Assembly (NCBI GenBank): GCA_030141605.1
Contig: JAQGDQ010000232.1
Coordinates: forward strand, 124,001 to 188,000
Reading direction: 5' to 3'
DNA: 64,000 nucleotides
Source: Tubiluchus corallicola
Taxonomy: Eukaryota > Animalia > Priapulida
Part shown: piece after piece, positions 38,669-53,263 of the stretch
Numbering within the stretch: the stretch's first letter is position 1
Layout of the letters: every line of letters begins with the position of its first letter
The notes under the pieces: generated by a model
Told to the model about the DNA's origin: nothing
Databases searched by the model: none
What the model saw: the letters and a program-made list of their open reading frames with translations, nothing else
Made by a program: the position numbers and the translations under genes

Positions 38669-41600
38669 ATGACTATATCCATACCTATATGTATAATATT
38701 GTCTAAACCTATTGGCCTACATATACCTACATATACATCTACATCTACACCTACATCTATATCTATATATGAGTATAACTGCACTCTTAAACCCGACGGA
38801 ATATCATCTGACAAAGTTGCTAGTCTACACAAGCAGTCTGATAGGAAACTCAATTTACAAAAGATACACAACAAGCTCTTCGCACAAGAAATGAGACGCT
38901 AGAGTGTGAATGAACGTATTCATCAACGAAGTTTGATAATGCGCTATAACTAGTGTGAGTCATACAATCTTATTTAGGTAAAAAATTGATCCATATCAAC
39001 TCACTATTTATTTGTGAGAAAATTTATAGGCTTATCTTCAAGTAAAATAAAGAAAAATGTTAAAATAAGGTAATTGCGACATTTTTTTGTTTTATAATGA
39101 ATTTATTTTAATAAGATTTTAGATAAAAGAAACAAAATTTAACTTTTTTGTTTTCAATTGTTACTTATAATTAAAACACGTCTTGGGCCATGTTTACCTT
39201 TTTGTTGTTGTTTGATTATCATTTTCTGAGTCAAAATAATTTTAGAACAGTTTAAACTAAATTTAGCATATTTATTAATCCTACGAGAGCAGACGAAACA
39301 TTACGGTAGGTGTTCTTAGCTCAAACTTCATTTTTAAGGTTCGTTTCACTTTTTAATGTCAAAAAAGAAGGAGATCAGTAAAGCGTAATTTACTGCTAGT
39401 AAAGCAATAAACGAGTTTTTGTCAGGAATGTTCGTGAGCATGCGTGCCAATTTCGCGCGCATTGTTTGAAATTGTTTCTAACCGACCAACCAACGAACGC
39501 CATCCGTAGTAAATCACCCACTTGGCCGCTTTCCTACTGTCGCCGAATGTGAAAATCTGCCCTTTCTCCGTCCACTAGGACCACTACTAAAGTAAGAATA
39601 ATAATTTTTCTAAAAAAGAACCTTGCACTCTGTTTAACTTTAAGTTTGGATAAATGCAATAAATGCAATGAATTACAGTGTTCTTTTGTATTGCGGACTT
39701 TTTTGAATTGAATTGTGGAATTTTTGAATTTAATGTACTACAGCCTTTAGAAATGCCTTACTAGGTGCTTGGGTTGTTGTTGTAATAGTATTGTAAAGCA
39801 TATTTTATTAGGCCTGTGTCTATTATCACAAAGTTGTGATTAACATTAGTCAAGTCTATACGTGGCCATGTTTTGAGTAGGCGGCATTTGGTTGTGCCCA
39901 CCTGTTTTGCCTTACTATATTGAATGTACTATAATTTTAATAAAGTATAAATGAACGGCCTTTACTATCATTTTAATAAAATATAAATTAACGTCCCTAT
40001 TTAATCAACTAATTTCATTCTTTATTTTTTGCGTCAAACTAGCCTGGTTCAGCTCGTTTACCATGAGATATGGCTTTATTTAAACAATTAATTTCATTCT
40101 TGATGCTTTTGCAAAAAACTAGCCAGATTCGGCCAATTTAGGTTGGTTAAATGAACATTCACTTGCAAAATATCGTTTTAATGGATATTAATTTTTCCGA
40201 TTACTGTTCACCAAGTTTTTTATAGTATGCATACGTGTTTGGATTTCAATTTATTGACCATGACCTTGAGTCAAATTGGCGAAAGGGAAAGTACAATGGT
40301 GTATAGCTGCTATATAACAAGCATCTATATATAGAAGCTATATAAGAAGACTGAAGAACGTGAAATCTTGGAGTTAAGACTTAGGTCAAAGGTCCCCTGA
40401 AGGTCATTCACCGAAAAAAATTCAGTAAGGCAAAAAATGTGGATAAAATTGCAATTTATTCCTGTTAACTAAAATAATGATTATCAGATATTTTTGGTTT
40501 TTTTCGAAATTCACAAGAATGTACATCTTACTGGAAAAGTTTTCCACGCAATGCCTGCAGCGAAGCGTTTGATGTTAAATGTTACGTGTGTGATTGGCAA
40601 AAACGTTCGTTGTTATTATGGAGAAACACTTACAAACTAACTAAATAGTTTCACTAAAATATAAAATGGCTGTCAGGCGCATAAAGGCGCAAAAACCAAT
40701 CTGTGTTTAGCAATAAAGAGCAGTGACACTCAGATAAATGACAAATAATACGTAACAAAAAGGCTGCCTGCTGTACGTGTTGATGTAGTTTTCATATTCT
40801 AATACAATGCCTCTGTGTTCAACTCTATTTGTCCTTTTGTAGCCAGTTAGATCTTCGCCAGGAATTAATTTTCGAGGGGCGTAGGTAAAACCTAAGCTTT
40901 CTCTTGTCCTTAATAGTTATATCGTATTTTTTGGCCTGTCTTTATATTCGCCCCATGTTCCATCGCTCCTACTCTGTGCGCTCCATGTTCAATTCAAGCA
41001 GTTGCACACAACAGTTTCTTTTCACAGTGACACCCGTACAATTAATTTATAAAACAATCTGCGCGCTTTTCATTGTTTTTAGTGACAGCGCTGTTTTTCA
41101 GAAATTTTGGGTGCCTTGGCAACCGCTGCAAATGGGTTCTTTCAGCTAAGTAGTCAGCGCGCTGTTCATTCCGAGAATGACGACTGACCCTGACGAAAAT
41201 CAAGACAAGCTTTCACTGTCATTCAACACTGACAAACTCGAGAATGACATTCTTTTGAATGACCGTGTGGACGGCCTATAAGCTCGCTTAGGGGTAAAAT
41301 AATACGTAATACACATATTAGGTAAGTAACAATTACTCTAGGAGCATTTCAGTACCTGCTAAAGAGCTGTGGTTTTAATAAACACAAAACTAGTTAAATT
41401 TTGGGAAGTAAGCAGTGCAGTAAATAATAATAAAAACTTTGTATTACTAAATCAGCCGAGAGAGCTTAGAAAGGCCTAGATTCTTAGCTATGTTTCTCGA
41501 TGATGCTCTTGCCACTATTTAGTTGACCATCATCCCCTCTCTTGGAGCACGGCTTCCTACACTTTAAATCCATACGCCACGCCTAACCACAGGACAAACA

Positions 41601-43279
41601 GAATTGAACGTCGATGCACATATTTCAATATAGGAGGATGCATCAACACGCATTCACGGCAGGCACACATTGTGTTCTGAGATCTGATGAATAGCTGAGT
41701 GATCAGGGAGTATGCTTTGCAACCAAAATTAAGCAACGCTGAGGCTGTTCAGTGAATATCTGATCGTCTGTGTTTAATAATCGTTAGTTTCTCTCGCCAT
41801 GATTTTGATTGTTTACCTCGTTGAAAATGAATGTAAGTTGTACATCCAAACATTGCAAAAATATCTCGAATGCTTATCTTTAAGAGATATCCTTGATAAT
41901 GACCCACTGTCGTGACTCGCATCAAACATCAAGCAGATCCCATCATTGAATGTTGGATTCCAGCTTACAGAGTCCCAGTGTGTAAAAATGGCCAGAAACA
42001 ATACAATGAAAAGCCGTTTCGCTTCGAAAGACTCATCAAAATAACTTTTCAACTAGTTTCGGTCCAACTTCTATATTTTACTGTTCCGTTTATTTACCAC
42101 TGAACATGACTGAATTCTCTAAGAGCCGACTCAAACTGTGTTAACCTTAGTGTAACTACACTTTACCCTAATTATCTTCCCTTATAATCAGTTTTTGTCT
42201 AATTGTTTTAGTGCATGCAGTAAGGTAAGCACCTGGGTGTATAATGCTGTGGCCAGCCTTTAAAGCTTGATATATACTCTGAATAATTAAATTTGTAGTC
42301 ACCTTCAACCGATGGTTGTTAATTGGAAGCTAGCAGTGGCAAACGAGTCGGCGTGGGAAGAAATTTCTATTCCAAGCTTATCTTACCAAATACTTAACAG
42401 GAATTTAACAAAAATCTCAAAGTCACAAAAGAAACTTTTCTTGCAGCCTAAATTTTACAAAATTAAAACGTTAACTGCTAGTAAATAATGCTTTAGTATT
42501 AGTGTTAGTAAATATTTAAAAAGCGTCACGGTGCAATTATTAATAAAAGCTTCTGTGGTTTGGAAAGTAGGCCAGGAAGAAATAAATCTAAATGTATACC
42601 AATTTTAAAACGCTAAGATTATAAAGATGTTCGTATATTACTTGGGTGTACAACAGGCATCAATAACGGGAAATGTATAATTAGTCCCCAAATTCTTTAT
42701 CGGTGAACAACAATTTTCCCTGATTGTTCAAAGCTGCATAGTGTAAAAAAGGATAAAGTTTCCGTTGTCTATTGTTTGTGCGGTTTTCGTCAGTAGCAAG
42801 GGTTTCGCTAGGCATTGATAAAGTTGTTTCTTCAACAAAGCCGAAAATTTACTTGGCAAAACAGTGATAAATTCACGAACCGATTAGCTAATTAAACGCG
42901 GAGTTTAATTTGTTTAAATTTCTTATAACGAAACGGTAATGGATGAAGAACGACGTACGTGCAAGTGCTAAAGAGCAACAAATTCAGAAATACGAAAAGC
43001 AGCGTTAAAATAAGCTGCAGTTAGATGTCCAGAACAACAATTTACATTCCTAAATTGCAACGATGTATGCTGAATACTAGCAGTGTTGAGAAATTAGACG
43101 GACTACATTATCGACTGGGTATTGCCTGCCTAAGTGTTAACCTGATTACAATATTGGCACATGTAACTAGGCGGAAATATCAAATTACGATTTACGAAAT
43201 ATATAGGTTACTTCGTCTACCAAAATTGAGGCTGGCCTTGCCAACTTTCACTACACGTAGCATAATAGTCGGTCTATTA

Positions 43280-43502
43280 TGGCGTAGAGACTTCTCTCGC
43301 AACTTGCTGCGCAACTTCTCTTTGAGAGTAAAGTTGCAACGTGTGAACGGTTTGGCAATTTCTCTCGCAACCTGTTGCAACGTGTGAACGGTTTGGCAAC
43401 TTCTCTCGCAACCTGTTGCAGCTTGTGAACGGCTTGGCAACTTCTCTCACAGAGAAATTGCGCAACAAGTTGCGAGAGAAGTCTCTACGTCTTAACGCGC
43501 CA
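43280..43502. mobile_element. PIF/Harbinger-like palindromic MITE with an internal 41-bp tandem repeat
   Basis: TTA on both sides; termini TGGCG/CGCCA; about 50-bp inverted arms (GTAGAGACTTCTCTCGCAACTTG.. / ..CAAGTTGCGAGAGAAGTCTCTAC); the left TIR has a ~10-bp deletion; core GTTGCAACGTGTGAACGGTTTGGCAACTTCTCTCGCAACCT x about 2.7. Confidence 0.8.
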
Positions 43503-45465
43503 TTAATAATATGATTGTTTATCTGTCTTTCGCCTGATTATGCCACATTTTGAAAATTCTTCGCATGCAAACCTTAGTTGCAAACAAAACGACACATTAA
43601 GGAAGGGTATGAGATGATGAGTAAATGATGCCATCTTCGTTCCGGTTATAAATAAGGACGTACACACATCCCAGCATGACTAAGACTGTTTTAACTGGTT
43701 TAGTGTCTTATATTAAAAGATCATACTTGACAAATAACTCAGTGCTGGTCACACTGTGACCATCAACATTAAGCAGGCACTGAGGACTGAATTATAGCTA
43801 AAAATCTGCCGAGATGTGCAGTCGAATAGACAAGGCAAGAAAATATTTTCAATGTCATATATATTTCGATAATTTTAATTGTGATCTTGAGTTCTACAGA
43901 TCGAAAAGTTTTTTTTATTCTCCTTTGTTTTCAGAGAGTAAAGAATCCATTTTATTCAACATTTGCTTAAGTTTCTGTGTTTTGTTGGAATACAATTTTC
44001 CCTCGTAGTCAGGGCTGGGTTGAGGGTTTCACGGGCTTTAGGTTATCGATAAACGAATGTCGCCATGTCCCACACTGTAAAAAAACCCCACATCTTCGTG
44101 TATCTCGGGTTCTCCTATTTCTAGAGTTACAAATTTCTCTGCAAGACCACAACCAAGTGGCCGGGGGAAAACCTTTTTTCTACAGTGGAAGACGAAAAAT
44201 ATCCAAAAATTGTCATTTTTTTGCTCATTAGGAGAACATCATGTAAAAAACCGTCGTAGCGGCGTCCTAGCGAATAAAATTTGAAAAGAGGAGAAACCGG
44301 GCTACAAAACAACGTGAGTTTCTCTTACAAATACTTCTTCCAGGATGAAGAATTACATCTTAATTTGGGGAACATTTTTGGACAGCTGAGTTTAATATAG
44401 TTGACTTTAGCAAGTTTAGTTATTTTAATAAATGTGTTATCCTCTTTACTAAAATAGTATTATCTTGTTTTAATTAGTTATCGGTCTCAGGACACCAAAA
44501 GCCTATCAAAATTTAGGGCCTAAAGCTAAAATCTTATGAGCCTAATGGTTAATCCGCTCCTGCTAATAGCATTTGTGGTTTTAGCTGTGCACGTGCTTCA
44601 CATCATTAGTAACTGTTTAGCCTTTTTACCCTTGCATTCGAACGTTCTTGTAATCATTGACCCTTGATGTACTGGACTTAATATAACGGATAAATAGTTT
44701 TCATAGCCACTGTTAACGAAAAAAGGTTGAAATGTAAACTTATAGCAATACAGTTGATATAAAAATACCTGTCAAGACTTCTTAATAATAGGAAACACAT
44801 TCTGCACTAAAAAAGACTAATAGTAAGAAAAAAGGAGAAATTTTATTAACTCTTTTGCAAAACACAGTTAATATAGTTGTCGCCTGTAGTCGGTTAAAAA
44901 TTAAAGCTAACTATAATTTTTTTATAAAGTTACCGTTTTTTTAAAACCTTCCACCTTTTAAAACGGTAAAATTTCCGTCACTTTTCCCGTGCTACATGTG
45001 AAAATTTATGAAGGAATTCAAAGATAAACATCGTAAATTGTTTAATCAGGCTAGCTTTGCGTCAGTGTAACCAAGTATCTATTTTAAATTATAGAGAAAA
45101 TGCTCGTCAAAATCGTCTTTCAGGCAATATATCACCAATCCACACAGTGAAGCGTGTTGGTCGCATACTCACAATCAATTATTAAGGAATTTTGAAGAAA
45201 CAGGCCAGTTATTTTAAAGGAATAAAGGAATAGACTTCCAGGAGTTTATTTCTTACCGAAAGAAGAACTACTGTCAACAATGTAGATAGGCTTAATGGTA
45301 CATATATTATAGTAAATATATTTCACGTAATTATATAAATTAGCTTTTGATGTCTATACACTATTTCATATACAATTCTGTTTGTTAGTTAAGATTGCTC
45401 TTTCGTTGATGCTGCTGCAGGAACTACTGCTGCGTTGCAGTTTATGCTACTGCTGTTTCTTTTAC

Positions 45466-45468
45466 TTC

Positions 45469-45510
<42 letters not shown>

Positions 45511-45561
45511 ACTACTGTTGTGTTACAGTTGCTGCTGCTGCTGCACTACTGTTGTGTTACA

Positions 45562-45603
<42 letters not shown>

Positions 45604-45660
45604 ACAGTTGCTGTTGCTGCTGTTACTCTTACTTTTGGTGTAATACTGCCGGTGCTGTAG
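45466..45660. repeat. (CTG)n microsatellite with a GCACTACTGTTGTGTTACAGTT interruption unit
   Basis: Directly visible. Source of the poly-C/L/A/S ORFs in the track. Confidence 0.93.
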
Positions 45661-46439
45661 CGATGATGATGCGATGGTTATCATTATTGTTGATGTTGTT
45701 ATTATTTCCTGCTTTTTTGTTGCCAAAACACTATTTAAACTTACATTACAATTTTACTGTTGACACTTCTGTCGCGCTGCTTATACAGTTTAAAACAGCG
45801 TTAGTATTACATTCCCGTAAACTTTGCGTACCCGTGTGTATGGGGTAGCGAAAATTGTTTATGGGTGATTTCACTGATCAGGTACGAAATTACTACCCCG
45901 TTCCGTAGCTTTTACACTGTGAATTATTTTTGTTTAGCCTAAATGCTACAGTTGCTGCCTCTTATAATGAGGTTGATAATTGCCTCAGATCACTTTACTT
46001 ACTGCCACTTTATGCACATCATCACTGATGCTGCGAATATAACCCTTTACTTAACAAAGCTGCAGGAGATTCAAGGTGACACTTTTGTACCACCTGCCAA
46101 CGTGTGATAGACCCAAGGGGTTTCAAAAGACATAGACCTGCGTATTCTGGGAAATCTTTGGAAAATGTGACTTGTAAATCCTGAAGGGAAAGTGATGTAC
46201 ATGTTCTTTAGGATGCGCTCTAGTGAAAACTTGAAAGGACAAAACAAGCCAAGCTAAAAATGAGCACTACTTCGTGGTTGGTATTTTTGTACAGTTTTTG
46301 TCCATCAATAAGGTCAGCACTCTGCAGCATCATTGTTTAACTTTCCTACCAAACACTCACTGTGACATCGCTCATTTAAGGACACCTACCGTGATCATTC
46401 CGTGGGGCATATTTTACGAGACACCGTAAATGTACCATA

Positions 46440-47030
46440 CTAAGTGCGTGGCATAGCTTTTTGGGTCGAGGCTCGTCCCAAATCGCTACTTATCTGGATC
46501 TTGTTCTTTTTGAGGGATAACCTTTTGAAAAAAGCATACCGCGCCATGAAATTAGCCATGAATTAGCAATGGATTGTTATGAAACATTACAAGACTATAC
46601 TAGAAAAAAATTTGCAACGATTGACAGAGTCAGATTTTTGATCACCTGTGTATTACAATGGCCCCGAAAACATTTTCAAAAAAATCGGAAAAAAGTGAAA
46701 AAAACATTTTCAAATGGCTCTGCCAGTTTACAACAGGTCGTCATGAAACTTTACAGGAATATACTCAAACAGTTTCCCCTCTCACTGATGGAGTCGGATT
46801 TTTGACCCGCCATTTTGAATTCAAGAAGTGGCGATAACATCACTTTCGAAAAAAAAGCCTAAGGCTTCGCTAGTACTAAGTGGATCATCACGAAACTTTA
46901 CAGGAAAATACTAGAACAAATTTCGTATCGATTTGCCAACTTAAATTCTCGATTGCGGCATTCTAATCACGATCGCGAAATTAGCTAGTCCATCGACCAA
47001 TAGTTCGACTCGAGCTTGCCATGTTACCTT
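46440..47030. repeat. Internally repetitive non-autonomous element (three diverged ~150-160-bp cores); HINE/Helentron-like
   Basis: Core ATGAAACTTTACAGGAATATACT...GATTTTTGA recurs near 46579, 46743 and 46889. GGGTCGAG near the left end and TCGACTCGAGC near the right end. The class is an inference. Confidence 0.45.
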
Positions 47031-48219
47031 ATGAACATATCTTTTTCGCGGTGAAGCCAGTCTCGTTCTCGTTCTCGTTGTTCAGGTAATAAATTTTTAG
47101 ACTGTTTTACATTGTGACGTCACAATAGAGTTATTTTCCATTCTAATTTTTTATAATATGTAACACGAACTCTATGGCAACGCTAAATGGCGCCTTAAGT
47201 AACCTATTCAGGAAGTGGATCCACGACAACAATAAATAGTGTTCAAACGATACATCCAGGCAGTTCGACAGAAAAAAATCAATAAGTTAGTAGCTCAGTG
47301 CTTTGCATTCTGGACTAGTTTAATAAAATACAACCAAAAACATCCTCAGCAGAGTTATGTAATAGGTGAAATCTGATCTAACAAATAACGCTCGACCCTA
47401 CCATCGTGGTACACCGAGCAAAAATAATTTTGTTCTCATTTTTTCCACATTGCCCAAAATTGTTATTAACAGGAAGACATTAACCAAAACAGACTTTCTC
47501 AAAAGAGCAGTGAAAACACCTATACCGTTTCTGTGCAGTGAAAACTTTAACATAAATAGACATAGTACCAAGTAGATGCATCAGCATGATCAATACATTG
47601 TTACACAGTTCAAAAAGCGCACTGTTCAAAATTCACGCGCGTGTGTGTAGGTTTAATGAAAGTTAATTTCTGTAATCGTGCTACGTAATACATTTTGTAT
47701 TCGAAATTGATGTAACTCTGCATTAAATATTTATGCATTTCGTTGCATTAGAATCAGCGCATGCTTGGACTGGCATTGGCTAATGATATTACCTCAACAA
47801 TTTACTGAGTTTCTTATGTTGAATTAAAACAATTTATGTACAATAATAGTTCATCTTTGAGTAACTCCGCCGGGAATTAGCACGGCAGCGTGACTAGATG
47901 TAGACAAGAACCCAAAAGCTGTTTATTTAACCACTCTGAAGTCGTTTTTACATTATACACGGTTTCCTCAGATCATATAGTTTCAAAATGTTAATCGGAG
48001 AATGGCTTTCTTGATAATAAATGTTTTCAACTGCTATGTAACATAATAACAGCACCTTCAAAACGCTAAGATGTCTGACCAAACTCGATATATATGACTA
48101 CACGTGGATATCTTCAACTGAAACGTGTACAAAAAACATGATGGGCGTTGAAAATTGCCTAGAGTTGTGTAAAGCCGAAAAGAAGATGTAATACAGACAA
48201 TTCAGACAAGACAGACTAA

Positions 48220-48574
48220 CGGCACGTTCAAATTAGCGAGTTTTCAGTCGCGAATTTTCTCTCTGACAGAGCAAACTCGCAAGTATGAACTGTTTTGCTG
48301 CTGCTTCACTACTGTTGCTGCTACTGTTGCTGCTGCTGCTGCACTACTGTTGGTGCTACTGTTGCTGCTGCTGCTGCACTACTGTTGGTGCTACTGTTGC
48401 TGCTGCTGCTGCACTACTGTTGGTGCTACTGTTGCTGCTGCTGCTGCACTACTGTTGGTGCTACTGTTGCTGCTGCTGCTTCACTACTGTTGCTGCTGCT
48501 GTCTCGAAAAAAAAAAATTACAAGGTATCTGACACAAGTTACTTGGCGAGAAAACTCGCTGTTTGAACGCGCCG
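48220..48574. mobile_element. PIF/Harbinger-like MITE whose centre is a 35-bp CTG-rich minisatellite
   Basis: TSD TAA (48217-48219, 48575-48577); TIRs CGGCACGTTCAAATTAGCGAGTTTTC / GAAAACTCGCTGTTTGAACGCGCCG; unit GCACTACTGTTGGTGCTACTGTTGCTGCTGCTGCT at 48341, 48376, 48411 and 48446. Confidence 0.85.
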
Positions 48575-51020
48575 TAATAGTCATGGGCAGTTCCCGAACC
48601 ATCAAATTATTTCACCACCTTAAAGGTCCTATGGCACTATTTTTTCATGTTATTTTCTTTTATAGCGTAGGCGGAATAACATATTTCTTAATCTTAACGG
48701 AAACTCTCAATTCTAATGGTGACCTCTCTTTCTTCACATTTTGAAATATTTCTCCCGATTTTTCACACGTTACTTGAACGTGAAAATCACACAAAACGCC
48801 TCCATAGTTGTGATAGAACATTCTTTCCCTTTGTCACACATAGAATCGCTCATCTATCCTGCTAGACATAGCGAAAAATAAAGTCTGGGCAGCTACACGA
48901 CGAACTAAGATACTCGATTTTACAAAACTTATATGCACGTCGATCAGCAGTCAAACTGCAGACCATAAGAATATTTCTGACTTAAAGATTTAAAGCTTGT
49001 CTGAATGGCACATCGGGCAAAAGATAACTTGACGGTGAGACATTTATAAAGCAGAAATGATCAGAAAACAGAAAATTAACTGCAACAAGAAAGCAGCTCA
49101 GCGCGAAATACTAGTAATGTCACGCAAAAACTTTTACACGATGTACCTCTTTACTAATATTTTTTCATCTATCGAATATAGTGCATTCAAGTAAATGTGG
49201 ACAAAGCTATGATTTGAGCTTAACATTAAAAATGCTTCGGCGAGTACCCCATTCTCTCCATCACAGGCGTACCGCTTGACTTTTCCCACATGTAAATACA
49301 GCGAGAGTCACACATGCGCAGTATGTGTGGCTCCTTAGTATTTCAATGCTAACTAAAGCGAAATGTGTAAGTTTATATAAAATAAACCCGCTTTTTTGTT
49401 TCGCGGTAAGCAGTAGTGAATTTTGACAGCAAGTGTCTACCAGAGTGTCAGTGGACCTTTAACTCGATACCATGGAATTTTAGATTGTATTCTTTTTGTT
49501 CATTAGGTAGAAAGGCTACTGAATATAATAAAACTAATAGGCTCAATAGTTCAGAAGACTATAACCTAAATTGGGATGCCAGGCTAGTACGTTCCATTTT
49601 GGACTTATAGTATTGTTATTATAGTAGATTATAGTATTGTTAATGGTTTACGTATTTGGCCACATCTTATAGTAACCGAGTGAATCAAGGAGTCGGTCGG
49701 TCAGTCAGTCAGCAAGTGCTAAACTGCAAAACTGTTGTCAAGGCCTAAAACGCTTACTGTGTCTTCTGTGATCTAGCGTTACTGCTTGAACGCCTTCTTC
49801 CTAAGTGAGCTTTAATTAGGCGTAGTAATTTAGTAGAAACGAAAATCATCCCAACTGTGAAAATCGTCCGCCCGTTGTTAGCCTGTAATATGACTGCCTT
49901 ACTGAAATTTCTTCCCTACCATTTACTTTCTTGTATAACACACTTCTGCTACGTAATTTTATATTTTCACATCTCCTTCCGTGGCAAAGAATCCTTCGTT
50001 TTGAGTAAAGTTATTACAACTGGTCTGATCATATCTGTGCTTATTAGACAACAAAAAAGTTAATTGGTCTCATCGCCCGCTACGTTGTTCTCTGTAATTA
50101 TAGATATCCCACGAAGCATGTATCCATATGTCGTTTGCTTGTAAATTGAGCGAGCGTACTTAGGAACTGGGTTTTAATGAATGCAGTTAATGAGAAGCGA
50201 TGAAATAAGCTATGGACAAAATATTCGTTGTAAAGATGTTGATTTGGCATTTTGCTGTTTTTAATTCACAACAGGTATAAAAAAGGCCGTAAAACCACTG
50301 TTGAAAGAATAAGTTTATTACGGCTTTACTGATTTTATACACAGAGAACCTGCATTTATTATTGCATCTAACTGCGTGGTCGGTAATTTGATGGCAATTT
50401 AATGGTAAAAGTTACATTAGATTTATAATCTAACTTATATAATAGTGTGTCCTGTGCGCGCGTTTCTGGAGTCCACTTTGAAAAGTATTGACATATATAG
50501 TATATAGATGATTTACAAAAATATTGGGTTATATAACAGTTACTAGGGAAATACATCGATTAACACATTTCATTGAAATCCTGAAATAGAACGATCTTCA
50601 GAAAATTAATGTTTGTACACGTTGTCACGATCCATATTGTTAAAAATAACGTAACCACGTGCCCGCACAAATTTCCGGGCTGAACTGCGAAGTCTAGCGC
50701 ACGCGCAAACCTTGGAAGTAACTCACGTACATGAGTGATCATAAATTGACCGTGTAAGATCATATAGGTATCAAAATTGCTGGCCAATGTCCATTTTACA
50801 TGGACGGTGTCCACAACTTCATTAGCATTACAGGGAAAAGGTTTATCGGTAAATGAACCGATAATATAATTGTGTATAATTGTGTATGACTAGACTGACT
50901 CGGCAAAATACACGCACTTTGCAGTGCTGTCAATATTACGCTATTGTTACAGGTTTTGTTTTAGCGAATTCGAAAATTAATCTAACTTTTGCGTGATTTG
51001 CTAAATTTTTAGAAATAGGG

Positions 51021-51224
51021 CATATTGGGGTAATGTCGGCCACATTTAGATTTTTCCATTATTTACTTTGAATTTGCATTCATATTTTATAAATACTATA
51101 TATATGCTATCTAAATGGTATATATATATATCATATAAAAAGCCATTCTAGGTCATGTGACCTAATTTTAGTGTATAAAAACTGGGTGCCAATATTAACC
51201 CATGGCCGACATTACCCCACTGTA
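51021..51224. mobile_element. Small MITE-like element with a 17-bp inverted repeat
   Basis: TGGGGTAATGTCGGCCA (about 51026) and TGGCCGACATTACCCCA (about 51203). The right end continues CTGTA (Tc1/mariner-like TACAG); the left end is degenerate. Confidence 0.6.
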
Positions 51225-52033
51225 TTATGACATCTGTCTGCTTTCGGAAACAACATTTTTAACACGAAAAACTGAAGACTTATGGTAGAGAATAAACTAA
51301 TCTAACTTATTATCCTAGTTTTAAAATCACTCAACTAACACCAACTTCGTTAGGCATGACATGATCGCATGATCGCAAAGTAAAAATACGGACTTGATTG
51401 ATATTCATAGTCCTTAAAATGATTTTGTTATAGATACATAAACAAAATAAAAGTACAAAAAACTTGACTATAATAGTGATTTAGTGATTTGAAGTCAAGT
51501 CTTCTGCATTTTCATTGTAGTAGGCTCTGCAGATAAATTTCAAATTTTCAAACTCAGGAATTTGCCATATGTAAACCAGAAAGCCTGCCAGAAAGAGTCA
51601 GGAAAATGCAAAATTACACGTAAACCAGAATCACTAAATACGTAAATGAGAAATACCTTTTAAATAGAGTGGACTCGAATCCAAACATTGAAAGAACAAA
51701 TACATAAATTCGCATACAAAGTTCTTATTATGGTGTATTGACAAGTTCAAGAAATGTATCTTACTCTTAATTGCAGCAAAATTTATGCTGCTGAGATAGT
51801 GACGACGGTGATGTTGATGACAACTATTGCATGAAGATGACGGTGACGATGATAACGATCGATGTTGGCGATGATGATGATGATGATAATGATGATTCTG
51901 ATGAAGCCTACGAATATGATGAAGATGACGGCAACGACGACGACGACAATGTTAATGCTGATGATGGGGTGATAACGCAATAGTCTGGTTTTTTTTGCTC
52001 TTATTCAATTTTATCACGTATGGGAAATAATGT

Positions 52034-52065
<32 letters not shown>

Positions 52066-53065
52066 ACAATATAGTTTCTGCATTGACGATATCTAAGCCT
52101 AAGCTTGTCTGATCAAATTTAAAGAGGAATGCAAACTACCTGAAAACCAAATTTTTAATGCATCTCTTGCAGTGGTATTTTAAATACAATAGAAGCAAGA
52201 GATTTGTGTTTTTCTAACTTGAGTGAATTAAATGAAATCTTAACGTTATTATGGAGGATTAATTACACACAAATAATGTTATGACATTTAAAGTATAATT
52301 TTTAAAGCTAATATTTGCCATTTCTGTGTCTATATTGTTTAGTTTTTTCCGTTGTATAATTTTATTTGTAACGTAATAACGTCATACGTAATTGTGACTC
52401 TGTTGTATTAATGTACTTTTTTATGTACGGATAAATAACAATTGTGGTGATGATGACGATGATGACGGTGATGATGATGACGATGATGAAGACGATGATG
52501 GCCAATTGTTGATGATGATGCTCACAAAATAATCCCTATCTGCTGTCACTTGGAGATCTGGATTGAAACGGTAAGCTGTTTTCGTTCTGTAATGTCATTT
52601 CAGCAATAAGGGAAACCTCTAGAGATTTAGCATCGGTTGTTAATTTTGCAGATCTAAATTAAGAGTACCAAGGGTCTAGTTTGCATTCATTTCTGAATCA
52701 TTTGCGGTTAAACGTTTAACCCATTGGTCTTTGAAACAAATGTGTCTACGTTTTCCTAAAACCATTGCATGACTTCGTGTTTTAAATGACAGAACAACTG
52801 CATCCTGAGCAGCCCACGTGCCTAACTTTAATTGATCATCCAATTACGACAAAAGTTCCTTAATCAATGGACAAGGCAATAAAACTGATTGTAAATTCAT
52901 AAACAGCAACCCTGTCAAAGCTTTGTAAAACGCTACAGGTGTATCCACTATCCAATTATAAAGAAAGGCCGATATTTATTGTTATGATTAACTGACTTTA
53001 CCGCACAGACAAAAACCGTTTGCGTAATGAAGACATTTTCACAAGTCGAAAACAATAATATTATT

Positions 53066-53263
<198 letters not shown>

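Noticed and set aside
38132-38902. 256-aa and 181-aa ORFs with IC/IY/YL/HL repeats
   Set aside because: Translations of a hexanucleotide microsatellite.
44010-44562. Degenerate hAT-like ends (CAGGGCTGGGTTGA / TTAATCCGCTCCTG) with a nested CACTGT..ACAGTG element
   Set aside because: TIRs and TSDs are too mismatched to define boundaries; probably an old transposon remnant.
45382-48744. Poly-Cys/Leu/Ala ORFs at 45.4-45.8 kb and 48.3-48.7 kb (metallothionein- or toxin-like look)
   Set aside because: CTG-repeat DNA that is open in several frames; the second lies inside a MITE; no splice or signal context.
51783-52520. GAT/GAC-rich stretches resembling acidic protein exons
   Set aside because: Low-complexity trinucleotide DNA with stops and no splice context.
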